Of a stretch of 64,000 nucleotides of DNA, positions 19,610-28,294 are shown one piece after another. Position numbers and translations under genes: made by a program. The stretch is from positions 128,001 through 192,000 of the forward strand of contig CAWEPK010000007.1 of NCBI GenBank assembly GCA_963810935.1, read 5' to 3'. The notes under the pieces were generated by a model. That model was given only the letters and a program-made list of their open reading frames with translations. It did no database searches and had not been told where the DNA came from. Source of the DNA: an uncultured delta proteobacterium (GTDB lineage Bacteria; Desulfobacterota; Syntrophorhabdia; Syntrophorhabdales; WCHB1-27). Within the stretch, counting starts at the first letter, position 1. Each line of letters starts with the position of its first letter.

Positions 19610-20437
19610 ATGGATTTTCTAGACTTCCTGCGGTATTCATTCATCCTGCGCGCGCTGGTGGCGGGCTCGTTTGTCGCCCTGCTTTGCGCGGGCCTGGGCG
19701 TCATTCTCGTTTTGAAGCGCCTGTCGCTGATCGGTGACGGCCTTGCCCACGTCACCTTCGGAAGCGTTGCCCTCGCACTTGCGCTCCGGGTGGAGCCCAT
19801 CTACGTATCCATGCCGGTCGTCGCATTAAGCGCGCTTGCCATCCTGAAGCTAGCGGAAAAGGCGCGCGTGTACAGCGACGCGGCCATCGGCATCATATCG
19901 GCCTTCGGCATATCGGGGGGTGTAGTGCTCGCCGCCCTCGCGGGCGGCTTCAACGTCGATTTGCTCAGCTACCTTTTCGGCAATATCCTTGCGATTACTA
20001 CAGCGGAGGTGACGATCTCGGTCCTGCTCTCCCTCGTCGTCCTTTCCGTCATTGCCATGCGCTACAGGGAGCTTCTGTCGCTCGCCTTCGACGAGGAGTT
20101 CGCCCGGACCTCCGGCGTACACGCGAGCCGCATCAACGCCCTCATCGGCGTGCTCACGGCGGTTACCGTCGTCCTCGCCATGAAGCTCGTAGGCATCATG
20201 CTCACCTCAGCCCTTCTCATCATCCCCGCACTGTGCGCATTTCAGCGGGCGCGTAGCTTCAGGGGCACGCTTATCTTCGCCGCCTTTACTGCGGTGCTGT
20301 CTGTATGGGCGGGTATTTTTCTTTCGTTTGTCCTGAACGTGCCGACGGGCGCGACGATCGTCCTGCTGAACTTCGCCTTTTTCCTCGTGCTTTACGGCAT
20401 CAAGGCGGTGCCTGCCTTCCTTTCCCGTCGACGATAA
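19610..20437 (+). CDS. znuB: Metal ABC transporter permease
   Basis: SLIGDGLAH, YLFGNIL and FDEEFAR..G motifs. Confidence 0.92.
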   Translation: MDFLDFLRYSFILRALVAGSFVALLCAGLGVILVLKRLSLIGDGLAHVTFGSVALALALRVEPIYVSMPVVALSALAILKLAEKARVYSDAAIGIISAFGISGGVVLAALAGGFNVDLLSYLFGNILAITTAEVTISVLLSLVVLSVIAMRYRELLSLAFDEEFARTSGVHASRINALIGVLTAVTVVLAMKLVGIMLTSALLIIPALCAFQRARSFRGTLIFAAFTAVLSVWAGIFLSFVLNVPTGATIVLLNFAFFLVLYGIKAVPAFLSRRR

Positions 20438-21098
20438 CAGTGTACTCGCCGCGCGTCTCGGAAGAGGCGACTTCGAGGGTGATTTGGGACGCCGTCCCTC
20501 TCAGGACTTCCTCGTGCATCTTTGTCAGCTCCCTGCATACTACGACATTGCGCTCCGGCGCGACCTCCGCCACGACTTCGAGCAGCTCTTTCACCCTTCT
20601 GGGCGACTCGAAGAGTACGACGGGGAAGGGGCCGGCAAGGACGTCCAGCAGCACTTTGCGCTTTTTACCCTTCTTCTGCGGGAGGAAGCCGTAGAAAAGA
20701 AAGCGGTCGGGCGAGAGGCCGGAGACGGAAAGGGCCGCCAGCGCGGACGACGCGCCGGGGACGGCCCGGACCTCGATTCCTGCATCGAGGCAGGTCTTGA
20801 CGACGCGGTCGCCGGGGTCGGAGATGCAGGGCGTGCCTGCTGCGGTGATGAGGGCCGCGGTGCTGCCTGCGGAGAGCTGGGCAGCGATGGAGCGGGCGCG
20901 GCTTTGCTCGTTGTAGCTGTTGATGGTGACGATGGGCTTGCGCAAGCCGAGGTGGGAGAGAAGGCCGAGGGCACGATGCCGGTCCTCGGCGACGACCAGG
21001 TCCGCCTCGCGCAATACCTCTATGGCGCGTAGCGTGATGTCGCCCAGGTTGCCGATGGGCGTTGCGACGACGTATAGAATTCCGGGTCCTGTCATCAT
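20400..21098 (-). CDS. rsmI: 16S rRNA (cytidine1402-2'-O)-methyltransferase
   Basis: LYVVATPIGNLGDITLRA, AGTPCISDPG, FESPRR, RELTKMHEE, RGEYT; 3' end overlaps znuB by 38 nt. Confidence 0.95.
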   Translation of the reverse strand: MMTGPGILYVVATPIGNLGDITLRAIEVLREADLVVAEDRHRALGLLSHLGLRKPIVTINSYNEQSRARSIAAQLSAGSTAALITAAGTPCISDPGDRVVKTCLDAGIEVRAVPGASSALAALSVSGLSPDRFLFYGFLPQKKGKKRKVLLDVLAGPFPVVLFESPRRVKELLEVVAEVAPERNVVVCRELTKMHEEVLRGTASQITLEVASSETRGEYTVIVDGKGRQAPP

Positions 21099-21257
21099 CT
21101 ATCCGATAAAGATTTCCAATAATCTACTCCGTGGGGGCGGGTAAGGGCAAGAGGAGCGGGCGCGGCCGGTCGATATTTGTTGCGTTTGCGCGTGTCGGCT
21201 AAGGTGAAACACCATTGTTATCTTGACATTTCGGCATTATTTTAAGAAAATAACAAC

Positions 21258-21848
21258 ATGCTCAAAGCGTTAGTGTTTCTCGCCGTCATGATAGCTCTGC
21301 CCCTTTCGGCGATGGGGGCGATTTACGGCTATGTCGACGAGCACGGCATCTATCATTTCGCCAACACCCGGCCGCCTGCGGGTAAGGGTTATCACATTAT
21401 CATAACGGGCAGCGAGAGCGACGAGCCTGTGACGGACCCGACTACGCTCTTGCGCAACAGCACTTACGACCGCCTGATAAGGCGCCATTCCGAGATCAAC
21501 GGCCTCGATTACCGCCTGGTCAAGGCAGTGATGATGGCCGAGTCGCGGGGGAACCCGACCGCCGTTTCCCATAAGGGCGCGCGCGGGCTGATGCAGATCA
21601 TGCCGGATACCGGGCGCGACCTGGCCCTGCGCAACCCTTTCGACCCTGAAGAGAACATCCAGGCAGGCGCGAGGTACTTAAAGACCCTGTACGGGCTTTT
21701 CAAGGGCGACCTCGAGCTGGTGCTGGCTGCATATAACGCCGGTCCGCAGAAGGTCATGGAGCGCATGGCCGTCCCTCCCATCAACGAGACGATCAGCTAC
21801 GTCAAGAGGGTCAAGCTCTATTACGGCAAGCTAAAAGAAACACAATGA
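21258..21848 (+). CDS. Lytic transglycosylase (SLT domain, DUF4124-like N-terminus)
   Basis: AES, AVSHKGARGLMQIMP, LAAYNAG, ET..YV; signal peptide. Confidence 0.92.
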   Translation: MLKALVFLAVMIALPLSAMGAIYGYVDEHGIYHFANTRPPAGKGYHIIITGSESDEPVTDPTTLLRNSTYDRLIRRHSEINGLDYRLVKAVMMAESRGNPTAVSHKGARGLMQIMPDTGRDLALRNPFDPEENIQAGARYLKTLYGLFKGDLELVLAAYNAGPQKVMERMAVPPINETISYVKRVKLYYGKLKETQ

Positions 21849-22477
21849 AAAGAAGGGATGAGACGCTATCGGTCTGGACGCTTCCAAACAGGCTGAGCCT
21901 GGCAAGAATACTCCTCATACCGGTCATACTTTACCTCATATCGATGCAGAACGAGCAGCTCCGCTTCGTGTCGTGCGTCCTTTTCGTCATCGCGGGTATC
22001 ACGGACGGGCTGGACGGGCTGATAGCGCGGCGCATGGGCACGAAAACGCGCCTCGGCGTCTACCTGGACCCGATAGCCGACAAGCTCCTCGTATCGACCG
22101 TCCTGATCACGCTTTCCTATTACCGGCTCGTGCCGCTGTGGCTGACCATCGTGATGGTGGGCCGCGATTTCCTGATAAACGGCTTGCGGTCTTTCTACGC
22201 GATGGGCGGCTTTACCATACTCCCGTCTTTTGCGGGCAAGCTGAAGACAACGCTCCAGATCGTAGGCATTGCTTGCGTCCTGTTCGGCGGTCCGCTCCAG
22301 ATGATACCGCTGGCGTCGGGGCCGGACATGATCTATAACTTTTTCCCCTTCGGAGCGAGCAGGTCGTTCCATACGGCGGGGCTGGTGATCCTGTACGTGT
22401 CGCTCTGTTTCAGCCTCTATTCGGCGACGCGGTATATCTACGAAATATTCACGTCCGAGACGACCGAAACCACGTAG
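21845..22477 (+). CDS. pgsA: CDP-diacylglycerol--glycerol-3-phosphate 3-phosphatidyltransferase
   Basis: LPNRLSLAR, TDGLDGLIAR...G..LDPIADK, GKLKT..Q. Confidence 0.88.
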   Translation: MKRRDETLSVWTLPNRLSLARILLIPVILYLISMQNEQLRFVSCVLFVIAGITDGLDGLIARRMGTKTRLGVYLDPIADKLLVSTVLITLSYYRLVPLWLTIVMVGRDFLINGLRSFYAMGGFTILPSFAGKLKTTLQIVGIACVLFGGPLQMIPLASGPDMIYNFFPFGASRSFHTAGLVILYVSLCFSLYSATRYIYEIFTSETTETT

Positions 22478-22645
22478 CCTCGAAAAAGAAGCGATAAGAC
22501 AGAGAAAAAGCAAAACCAATGCTATTTGCGGCCGGACTCGCGACCGAGGAAACGGCGCGAAGGCCGCGAAAAGCTTCCGGCCCCACTCTTGAAAAGAATA
22601 TGATTGATTATTCCATTGGGTAATCTTATAATGGGCGGTCGATTC

Positions 22646-22930
22646 ATGTTCCGTGACCTCCGGAGGCTTCTTGTGTTTTTTCAACGATTAATGGCCGTTT
22701 TTTCATTCGTATGCGTCCTTTGGATCCCGGCCGCTTTCGCGCAGACGTCCCTTACCGTGAGGGACGCGCTCCTGGTGCTTTCGGACGTGCGCGCCGCCTT
22801 GTCGGAGACGGCCCGGCAGTCGCAGGCAGGCGAAGTGAAGCAGGCCCCTGAAAGCCGGACGACGGAGAAGGATAAGGGCAGCGGAAAGGGCGCAGTGCCC
22901 GTGCCGGAAGCGCCCCAGCCACGGCCGTAA
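22646..22930 (+). CDS. Small hypothetical exported protein
   Basis: Signal-like segment ending AAFA-Q; co-oriented with the HDOD cluster. Start uncertain. Confidence 0.4.
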   Translation: MFRDLRRLLVFFQRLMAVFSFVCVLWIPAAFAQTSLTVRDALLVLSDVRAALSETARQSQAGEVKQAPESRTTEKDKGSGKGAVPVPEAPQPRP

Positions 22931-22944
22931 ATGCAAAGGTACAT

Positions 22945-23253
22945 ATGGCGAGAGTCCTGACGAGCAGCCTCACACCTGGGATGAAGCTTCGCCGTCCCCT
23001 CCTGAACAAGGGGGGCGTGACGGTACTGCCGGAAGGCATCGAGCTTACCGAAGGGCTGATCGAGAAAATAATGACGATGGGTATCGAAGCTGCGGACGTG
23101 CAGGGCAAGGCGCCATCATTGCCCGGCAGGGCGGAGGCCCTCGCGCAGTTGGATGCCCGTTTCAGGAAAGTGGAGACGGCCCCCCACATGGACGTCCTGA
23201 AGAGATTGCTCAGGGAGCACCTGGAGGCTGTTTGCGGGAGCGATGGACCTTAA
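22945..23253 (+). CDS. Small protein resembling the N-terminal module of HD-GYP proteins
   Basis: L.PGMKL.RPL.NKGG..VLPEG.ELT..LIEKI..MGI pattern; overlaps the HDOD start. Confidence 0.7.
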   Translation: MARVLTSSLTPGMKLRRPLLNKGGVTVLPEGIELTEGLIEKIMTMGIEAADVQGKAPSLPGRAEALAQLDARFRKVETAPHMDVLKRLLREHLEAVCGSDGP

Positions 23254-24070
23254 GACGCTAAAGACCAGGATCGAGTCGATACAGAACCTGGCAACGACGC
23301 CGTCGGTAGCCAAGCGCCTCCTCGAGATCGTCGGCAAGCCGACCGTCTCGCTCGGGGAGATCAGCGATTTCGTCTCCCGCGACCCCGTGCTCGCTACGAA
23401 GGTCCTCAAGATGGTCAACTCTCCGGTTTACGGTTTTCCGGGCCGGATATCGTCGGTCAACCAGGCCGTCCTTTTGCTCGGGCTCAACGTGCTGCGCGGC
23501 CTTTTGGTGGGCGTTACCGTTTTCGATCTTATGCAGCAGGCTATGATCGGCCTGCGGGACCATTCCCTGGGGTGTGCGATCTTCTCGCGCATCATCGCCA
23601 AAAAGAAGGGTATGAAAGACCCGGAAGAGATCTTCATCTTCGGCCTGCTGCACGACATCGGCAAGATGGTCCTCGTGCTCAACTTCCCCAAGGAATATGC
23701 AAAGGTGATGGAGAAGGCCGAGAAGGAGGGCGTCACTGTCTACGACGTGGAGACGGACTTCTTCGGCACGACCCATGCGACAGTAGGCGCCTGGGTAACG
23801 GAGCAATGGAGCTTCCCGAAGCCCGTCGTCGATGTAATAGGGCTCCATCACAGGCCACAGCTTGCCAAGGTGGCCCCAAAAGCGACGGCTGTAGTCCATT
23901 TCGCGGACGTCATCCTGCGGGCAAGGGGGTTCGGCTTCGCCGGGGACACCAGCGTGCCGCCGATCCACCCTTCGGCGTGGGAGCTGCTCGACCTGTCGGA
24001 GGCCGATATCAAAGAGATGCTTACGGAGGCCGAAGACCTCCTGGAAGAAGCCGCGGAGCTTTCATTCTAG
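23243..24070 (+). CDS. HDOD domain protein
   Basis: DPVLATKVLKMVNSPVYG, AVLLLG, GLLHDIGK, HATVGA....W.FP, HH.P. Confidence 0.93.
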   Translation: MDLKTLKTRIESIQNLATTPSVAKRLLEIVGKPTVSLGEISDFVSRDPVLATKVLKMVNSPVYGFPGRISSVNQAVLLLGLNVLRGLLVGVTVFDLMQQAMIGLRDHSLGCAIFSRIIAKKKGMKDPEEIFIFGLLHDIGKMVLVLNFPKEYAKVMEKAEKEGVTVYDVETDFFGTTHATVGAWVTEQWSFPKPVVDVIGLHHRPQLAKVAPKATAVVHFADVILRARGFGFAGDTSVPPIHPSAWELLDLSEADIKEMLTEAEDLLEEAAELSF

Positions 24071-24131
24071 CCCTTTCGGTCGTAGTTGCGTTTGCGCGGT
24101 TTTCATATTACGGCAAGAGCGGACAACAGCA

Positions 24132-25061
24132 ATGAAAAGCGCCGTCCATATCTCCCGCGACACCGCCTTGATCGCCATAGTCGAAAGGCTGCTTACGGGC
24201 TACTGCCGGACGATACCCCTGGGCAACATACGCTCCGGCGTCGATTATATCTATTCCCTCATACCCGACCTGCTCATCATCGACCTGACGGCCAACGACC
24301 CGGCCACCGTGGAGGCCCTCAACACAATCAAGACGGACCCTATATTCACCCACCTGCCTACGCTCGCCCTGATCGACGACGCCCTGCCGCTGCCCCGCTG
24401 GGACGACGTCATGCTGGAAGACTACGTCTGGAAGTCGCAGATCGAGAGGGACTTACGGGCGCGGGCGGAGCTTTGCGTAGCCAGAGCGGAGCGCGTCGTC
24501 GAGGTCAACCCCCTCACGCGCCTTCCCGGCAATATCTCGATAAACAGGGCGATCCAGGCCTTTATCGACAGGGACGAGCCTTTCGGCGTCGGATACGCCG
24601 ACCTGGACAACTTCAAGCCTTTCAACGACCATTACGGCTTCGCCAGGGGCGACGAGGTGATCAAGATGACGGGAAGGCTCATCCTGAACATCGTCAAGAA
24701 CAGGCAGCCCCAGGGGAGCTTCATAGGCCATATCGGGGGAGACGATTTCATCTTCATCATGGACGCGGAAGCCATCGAGGACGCAGCCGCCGAGGTACTC
24801 TCCACCTTCGACCGCATCATCACCACGTTCTACGACGAATCGGAGAAAACGGAAGGCATCGTGGCCCTGGACAGGCAGGGCAACAGCAGGTCTTTCCCGG
24901 TGATGACCATGTCCATCGGCATCACGACCAACGCCTACCGCCGGTTCTCGCATTACGGAGAGATGACTGAGGCCGTCTCCGAGATGAAGGTCTTCGCGAA
25001 GCGGACGAAGGGGAGCTGCTTCAAGGTAGACAAGCGCCACATCCGCCACGAAGGCGAGTAG
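24132..25061 (+). CDS. Diguanylate cyclase (GGDDF) with degenerate receiver-like N-terminus
   Basis: NPLTRLPGN, DLDNFKPFND.YG...GD, GHIGGDDF. Confidence 0.9.
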   Translation: MKSAVHISRDTALIAIVERLLTGYCRTIPLGNIRSGVDYIYSLIPDLLIIDLTANDPATVEALNTIKTDPIFTHLPTLALIDDALPLPRWDDVMLEDYVWKSQIERDLRARAELCVARAERVVEVNPLTRLPGNISINRAIQAFIDRDEPFGVGYADLDNFKPFNDHYGFARGDEVIKMTGRLILNIVKNRQPQGSFIGHIGGDDFIFIMDAEAIEDAAAEVLSTFDRIITTFYDESEKTEGIVALDRQGNSRSFPVMTMSIGITTNAYRRFSHYGEMTEAVSEMKVFAKRTKGSCFKVDKRHIRHEGE

Positions 25062-25067
25062 AAACTT

Positions 25068-25580
25068 TCACACCAGCTTTTTAGCCGCTTCCAGGGCCTT
25101 GTCGTAATCCGGCTCGTCGGTCATTTCCGGTACTATCTGCACGTAGCGTATCACATCGCCTTTGTCTATTACGAAGATGGACCGGGCGAGCAGGCGCAAC
25201 TCCTTCATCAGGACGCCGTATGCGTTGCCGAAAGAGGCGTCCCTGTGGTCCGACAGGGTCCGCAGCTTGTCGATGCCCTCGGCCGAGCAGAACCGCGCGA
25301 TGGCAAAGGGAAGGTCCATGCTGATGTTCACGATGACGATGTTGTCCGAGAGCGACGCCGCCCTGTCGTTGAACGTCATCGCCTGGAGGTTGCACGTCGG
25401 CGTGTCGAGCGACGGCGTCACGCTTACGATCTTCACCTTGCCCGCAAAGTCGGACAGGGAGACGGGCGTCATGTCTTTGTCGAGTGCGGTGAAGACCGGC
25501 GCCTTGTCGCCCTCTTTTACTGCGTTTCCAACCAGTGTGAGCGGGTTTCCCCTGAATGTTACTATCCCGTTTCTTTCCAC
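25068..25580 (-). CDS. tpx: Thiol peroxidase
   Basis: VTFRGNP, PSLDTPTC, ISMDLPFA..RFC, LLARSIFVID, EPDYD. Confidence 0.95.
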   Translation of the reverse strand: MERNGIVTFRGNPLTLVGNAVKEGDKAPVFTALDKDMTPVSLSDFAGKVKIVSVTPSLDTPTCNLQAMTFNDRAASLSDNIVIVNISMDLPFAIARFCSAEGIDKLRTLSDHRDASFGNAYGVLMKELRLLARSIFVIDKGDVIRYVQIVPEMTDEPDYDKALEAAKKLV

Positions 25581-25693
25581 GCTTTACCTCCATTTTAGAT
25601 TGTATATAGGAAATATAAGCGCGCAGCAGGGGCGCGGCACGGATGGCACGCGCGGCGGCTTACGATCCCTCCGTCATTCCGGCCTCTTTTCCT

Positions 25694-25774
25694 CCGTCAT
25701 ACCGGCGAAAGCCGGTATCCAGGGTTTCCCTGGGCTTAGAGCCGCCTAGACCCCGGCGTCCGCCGGGGTGACGG
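25694..25774. repeat. REP/RPE-type palindromic element
   Basis: CCGTCATACCGGCGAAAGCCGGTATCCAG...CTAGACCCCGGCGTCCGCCGGGGTGACGG: two hairpins within a terminal CCGTCA/TGACGG pair; partial duplicate of the left end at ~25668-25683. Confidence 0.75.
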
Positions 25775-25846
25775 TGAATGTGAATCGTTACTCTATTTTG
25801 AGAATGCTATAATGCGTTTTTAGAAGGATTTGTGGGTTTGGGCGGG

Positions 25847-27652
25847 CTATCGCCCCTGCTTCTGGGATGCGCCGTCCCGGCTGCGGGCCTGCCCTATGGA
25901 GCGGTAGAGCTTCCTGCGGCTGATGCCCAGGAGGAGGGCTGCCTTGCTCTTGTTCCCTCCGACGGATTCGAGGACCTGCCACACGTAGTCCTGCTGCATC
26001 TTGGACAGCAGGGGCACTTTGCCGCTCCCGGGGGGCGTCCCAGGCGCTGCAATACTGCGGACCTTCATGGTGCCTTGCGGAAAGTCGCCCACCCTTATCC
26101 GGTCCCTGTCTCCCGAGATCAGGACGGCCCTTTCGAGGATGTTCGCAAGCTCCCTGACGTTGCCCGGCCACGGGTAGGCCGTGAGCAGTTCCATCACCTC
26201 CGGCGGCACGCTCTTCTTCCTGCCGCCCCGCGCCAGCTTGGTGAGGAAGTAGTCCGTCAAAAGAGGGATGTCCTCGCGCCGCTCCGTCAGGGGCGGGACG
26301 GTGATCGTGAAGCCGTTGAGGCGGTAGAAGAGGTCCTTGCGGAATGCGTGCTCGTCCACCTCCTTCTGGAGGTTCTTGTTCGTCGCGAATATGAAGCGCA
26401 CGTCAACGCTCGTCTCCTGGGTGTCCCCGAGCCGCCTGAAATTCCCCGTCTCCAGGACGCGCAGGAGCTTGGCCTGGATCGCCGTGGGCAAATCGCCCAC
26501 CTCGTCCATGAAAAAGGTCCCCTTGTCGGCTATCTTCAAAAGCCCTATCTTGTCTGCGGTGGCGCTCGTGAATGCGCCCTTTTTGTGGCCGAAAAGCTCG
26601 CTCTCCACCATGCTTTCCTGAAGGGCGCTCGAATTGATCACGACGAACGGGTTTTCTGCGCGCGCGCTCAGCTTGTGGATGGCCCGCGCCACCACTTCCT
26701 TGCCCGTGCCGGTCTCGCCGAGGATTAAAACGGGCGTGTTGGAGGAGGCGACCGTAGAGATCAGCTTCTTTACCTCTCGGATGGCCCTGCTCTCGCCGAT
26801 GAAGGAGTCCGGGGCGTCCACGCGGTGGAGGTGCTCTTCGAGGAGCATCGTCCGCTCTTTGAGGAGCCGCTTCTCGTTGACCCTGTCCGTCACTTCCTTC
26901 ACGATGCAGAGGAGCCCTTCCGTCCGGCCGTCCTTCCCCTTAAGGGGGACGCCGTTGAAGTCGATATAGTGGGGTCTGTCGCCCCTGTATGTATTGAACG
27001 GAAAATCCTGCAACTGGAATGCCTCGCCCCGCAGGCCCTTTTCGATGTGGGCGGCGAGGCCGGACTCCCTGGTATAGCGGTTCTTCAGCCAGTTGAAGCC
27101 GATGAGCTTCTCTTCGACCTCGCCCCCGAGCCCGGATAACGCGGCGAGGGCGGGGTTGACGCTCATAAACGTCCCTTCTTTATCGATGGTGAAGATGGCG
27201 ATAGGCGCGTTCTCTATGATGGCCGCGTTAAGGTCGTTGACGCGGGCCAGTTCCATGGTCGCCATCTTCTGGTCGGTTATGTTCTGCACCGTCTCGACGA
27301 CGTACTCGAATTCCGGGCCCGGCCCCTGCTTGAGCGGCGTAGCGGTCAGGTAGTAGTAACGGGTCGGGTGGCCGTCCTGGCCCTCCACGGCCATCTGGAG
27401 CCGCTGGCTCCTGCCTGTCTCGAAGGTTTTCAGTACGGGGCAGTTCTCGCAGGAGCAGTCCCTCCCCAGGACCTCCTTGTAGCACCTCTTCTCGCTTTCC
27501 GCAGGGGAGAAGCCGTCCTTGCGGCGCCACCGGGAAGCCTTCGTATTGAGCCACTGTATGTTGAGGTTCCGGTCGAGTATGTAGATGCCGAGGTCCACCG
27601 AATCGACGATCGATTGGAGGATGCCCAGGCCTGTATAGAGACTAAGATCCAT
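25847..27652 (-). CDS. Sigma-54-dependent transcriptional activator (PAS-PAS-AAA-HTH)
   Basis: GETGTGKE, ESELFGHKKGAFTSA, FMDEVG, FRKDLFYRL, WPGNVREL, GNKSKAALLLGISR; first PAS carries a Cys cluster CY....GRDCSCENCP. Confidence 0.95.
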   Translation of the reverse strand: MDLSLYTGLGILQSIVDSVDLGIYILDRNLNIQWLNTKASRWRRKDGFSPAESEKRCYKEVLGRDCSCENCPVLKTFETGRSQRLQMAVEGQDGHPTRYYYLTATPLKQGPGPEFEYVVETVQNITDQKMATMELARVNDLNAAIIENAPIAIFTIDKEGTFMSVNPALAALSGLGGEVEEKLIGFNWLKNRYTRESGLAAHIEKGLRGEAFQLQDFPFNTYRGDRPHYIDFNGVPLKGKDGRTEGLLCIVKEVTDRVNEKRLLKERTMLLEEHLHRVDAPDSFIGESRAIREVKKLISTVASSNTPVLILGETGTGKEVVARAIHKLSARAENPFVVINSSALQESMVESELFGHKKGAFTSATADKIGLLKIADKGTFFMDEVGDLPTAIQAKLLRVLETGNFRRLGDTQETSVDVRFIFATNKNLQKEVDEHAFRKDLFYRLNGFTITVPPLTERREDIPLLTDYFLTKLARGGRKKSVPPEVMELLTAYPWPGNVRELANILERAVLISGDRDRIRVGDFPQGTMKVRSIAAPGTPPGSGKVPLLSKMQQDYVWQVLESVGGNKSKAALLLGISRRKLYRSIGQARSRDGASQKQGR

Positions 27653-27961
27653 GGTCCTCTCTTTGGGTCCTCTTACGTGATCCCCGTCGCGGGAATATTG
27701 TCAGCGGGAGCGGGACGCGAGCGTGTGAGAATCTTGCGCGCGCCGGGAAAGGCGGACCCGTATATTACCCCTAAATTATATGCGATTCCAGCCCGAAATT
27801 CAAGGCAGGCAGGGGTATTTCCGGGTGAAGAAACAGTGATAAATTGAGGGCGTTTCCGCAGTTTGTTGCGGGTTGCCTTATTGCCGGTCCCGGCGGACAC
27901 GAAAGGTGCGCTTGGCCCGCGCACCGCCTGTCGGCGCAGGCTGGGCGTGGATGTGCACAGT

Positions 27962-28179
27962 GGTCCATAATGGACCGATTGCATGCACGGTTCGGGTGCA
28001 ATTGCATACATTGTAAAGCTGCGTAACTTCTCAGAAATGGCTATTCGTGAAGGCGGAGCCGTGCAGCCGGGTGGTACATGATGGACCATTCCTGCACCTT
28101 GCAGGTCTCCGTTTTCCATAATGGACGGCCGGTAATTACACTGCGTCCGTGCGGCCCGATGTGTTTTCCATAATGGACA
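27962..28179. promoter_or_regulatory. Four palindromic operator/UAS sites (G/T)TCCAT-N-ATGGAC
   Basis: GGTCCATAATGGACC 27962-27976; GGTACATGATGGACC 28073-28087; TTTCCATAATGGACG 28113-28127; TTTCCATAATGGACA 28165-28179. Confidence 0.8.
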
Positions 28180-28186
28180 AACGCTG

Positions 28187-28202
28187 TGGTATAATACTTG
28201 CA
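28187..28202 (+). promoter_or_regulatory. Sigma-54 (-24/-12) promoter
   Basis: TGGTATA-ATAC-TTGCA with correct GG-N10-GC spacing, ~90 nt upstream of the acyl-CoA dehydrogenase and divergent from a sigma-54 activator. Confidence 0.75.
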
Positions 28203-28294
28203 TCTGTATACAATAAATACCACGCGGGACGCGTGGAAAACGAGAAAGGGACGAGGGGGAATGGTTTACAAAACGATAGTTAAGGAGACGAGCG

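Noticed and set aside
20400..20437. 38-nt convergent overlap of znuB and rsmI
   Set aside because: Short tail-to-tail overlaps are common and involve only non-conserved C-terminal residues.
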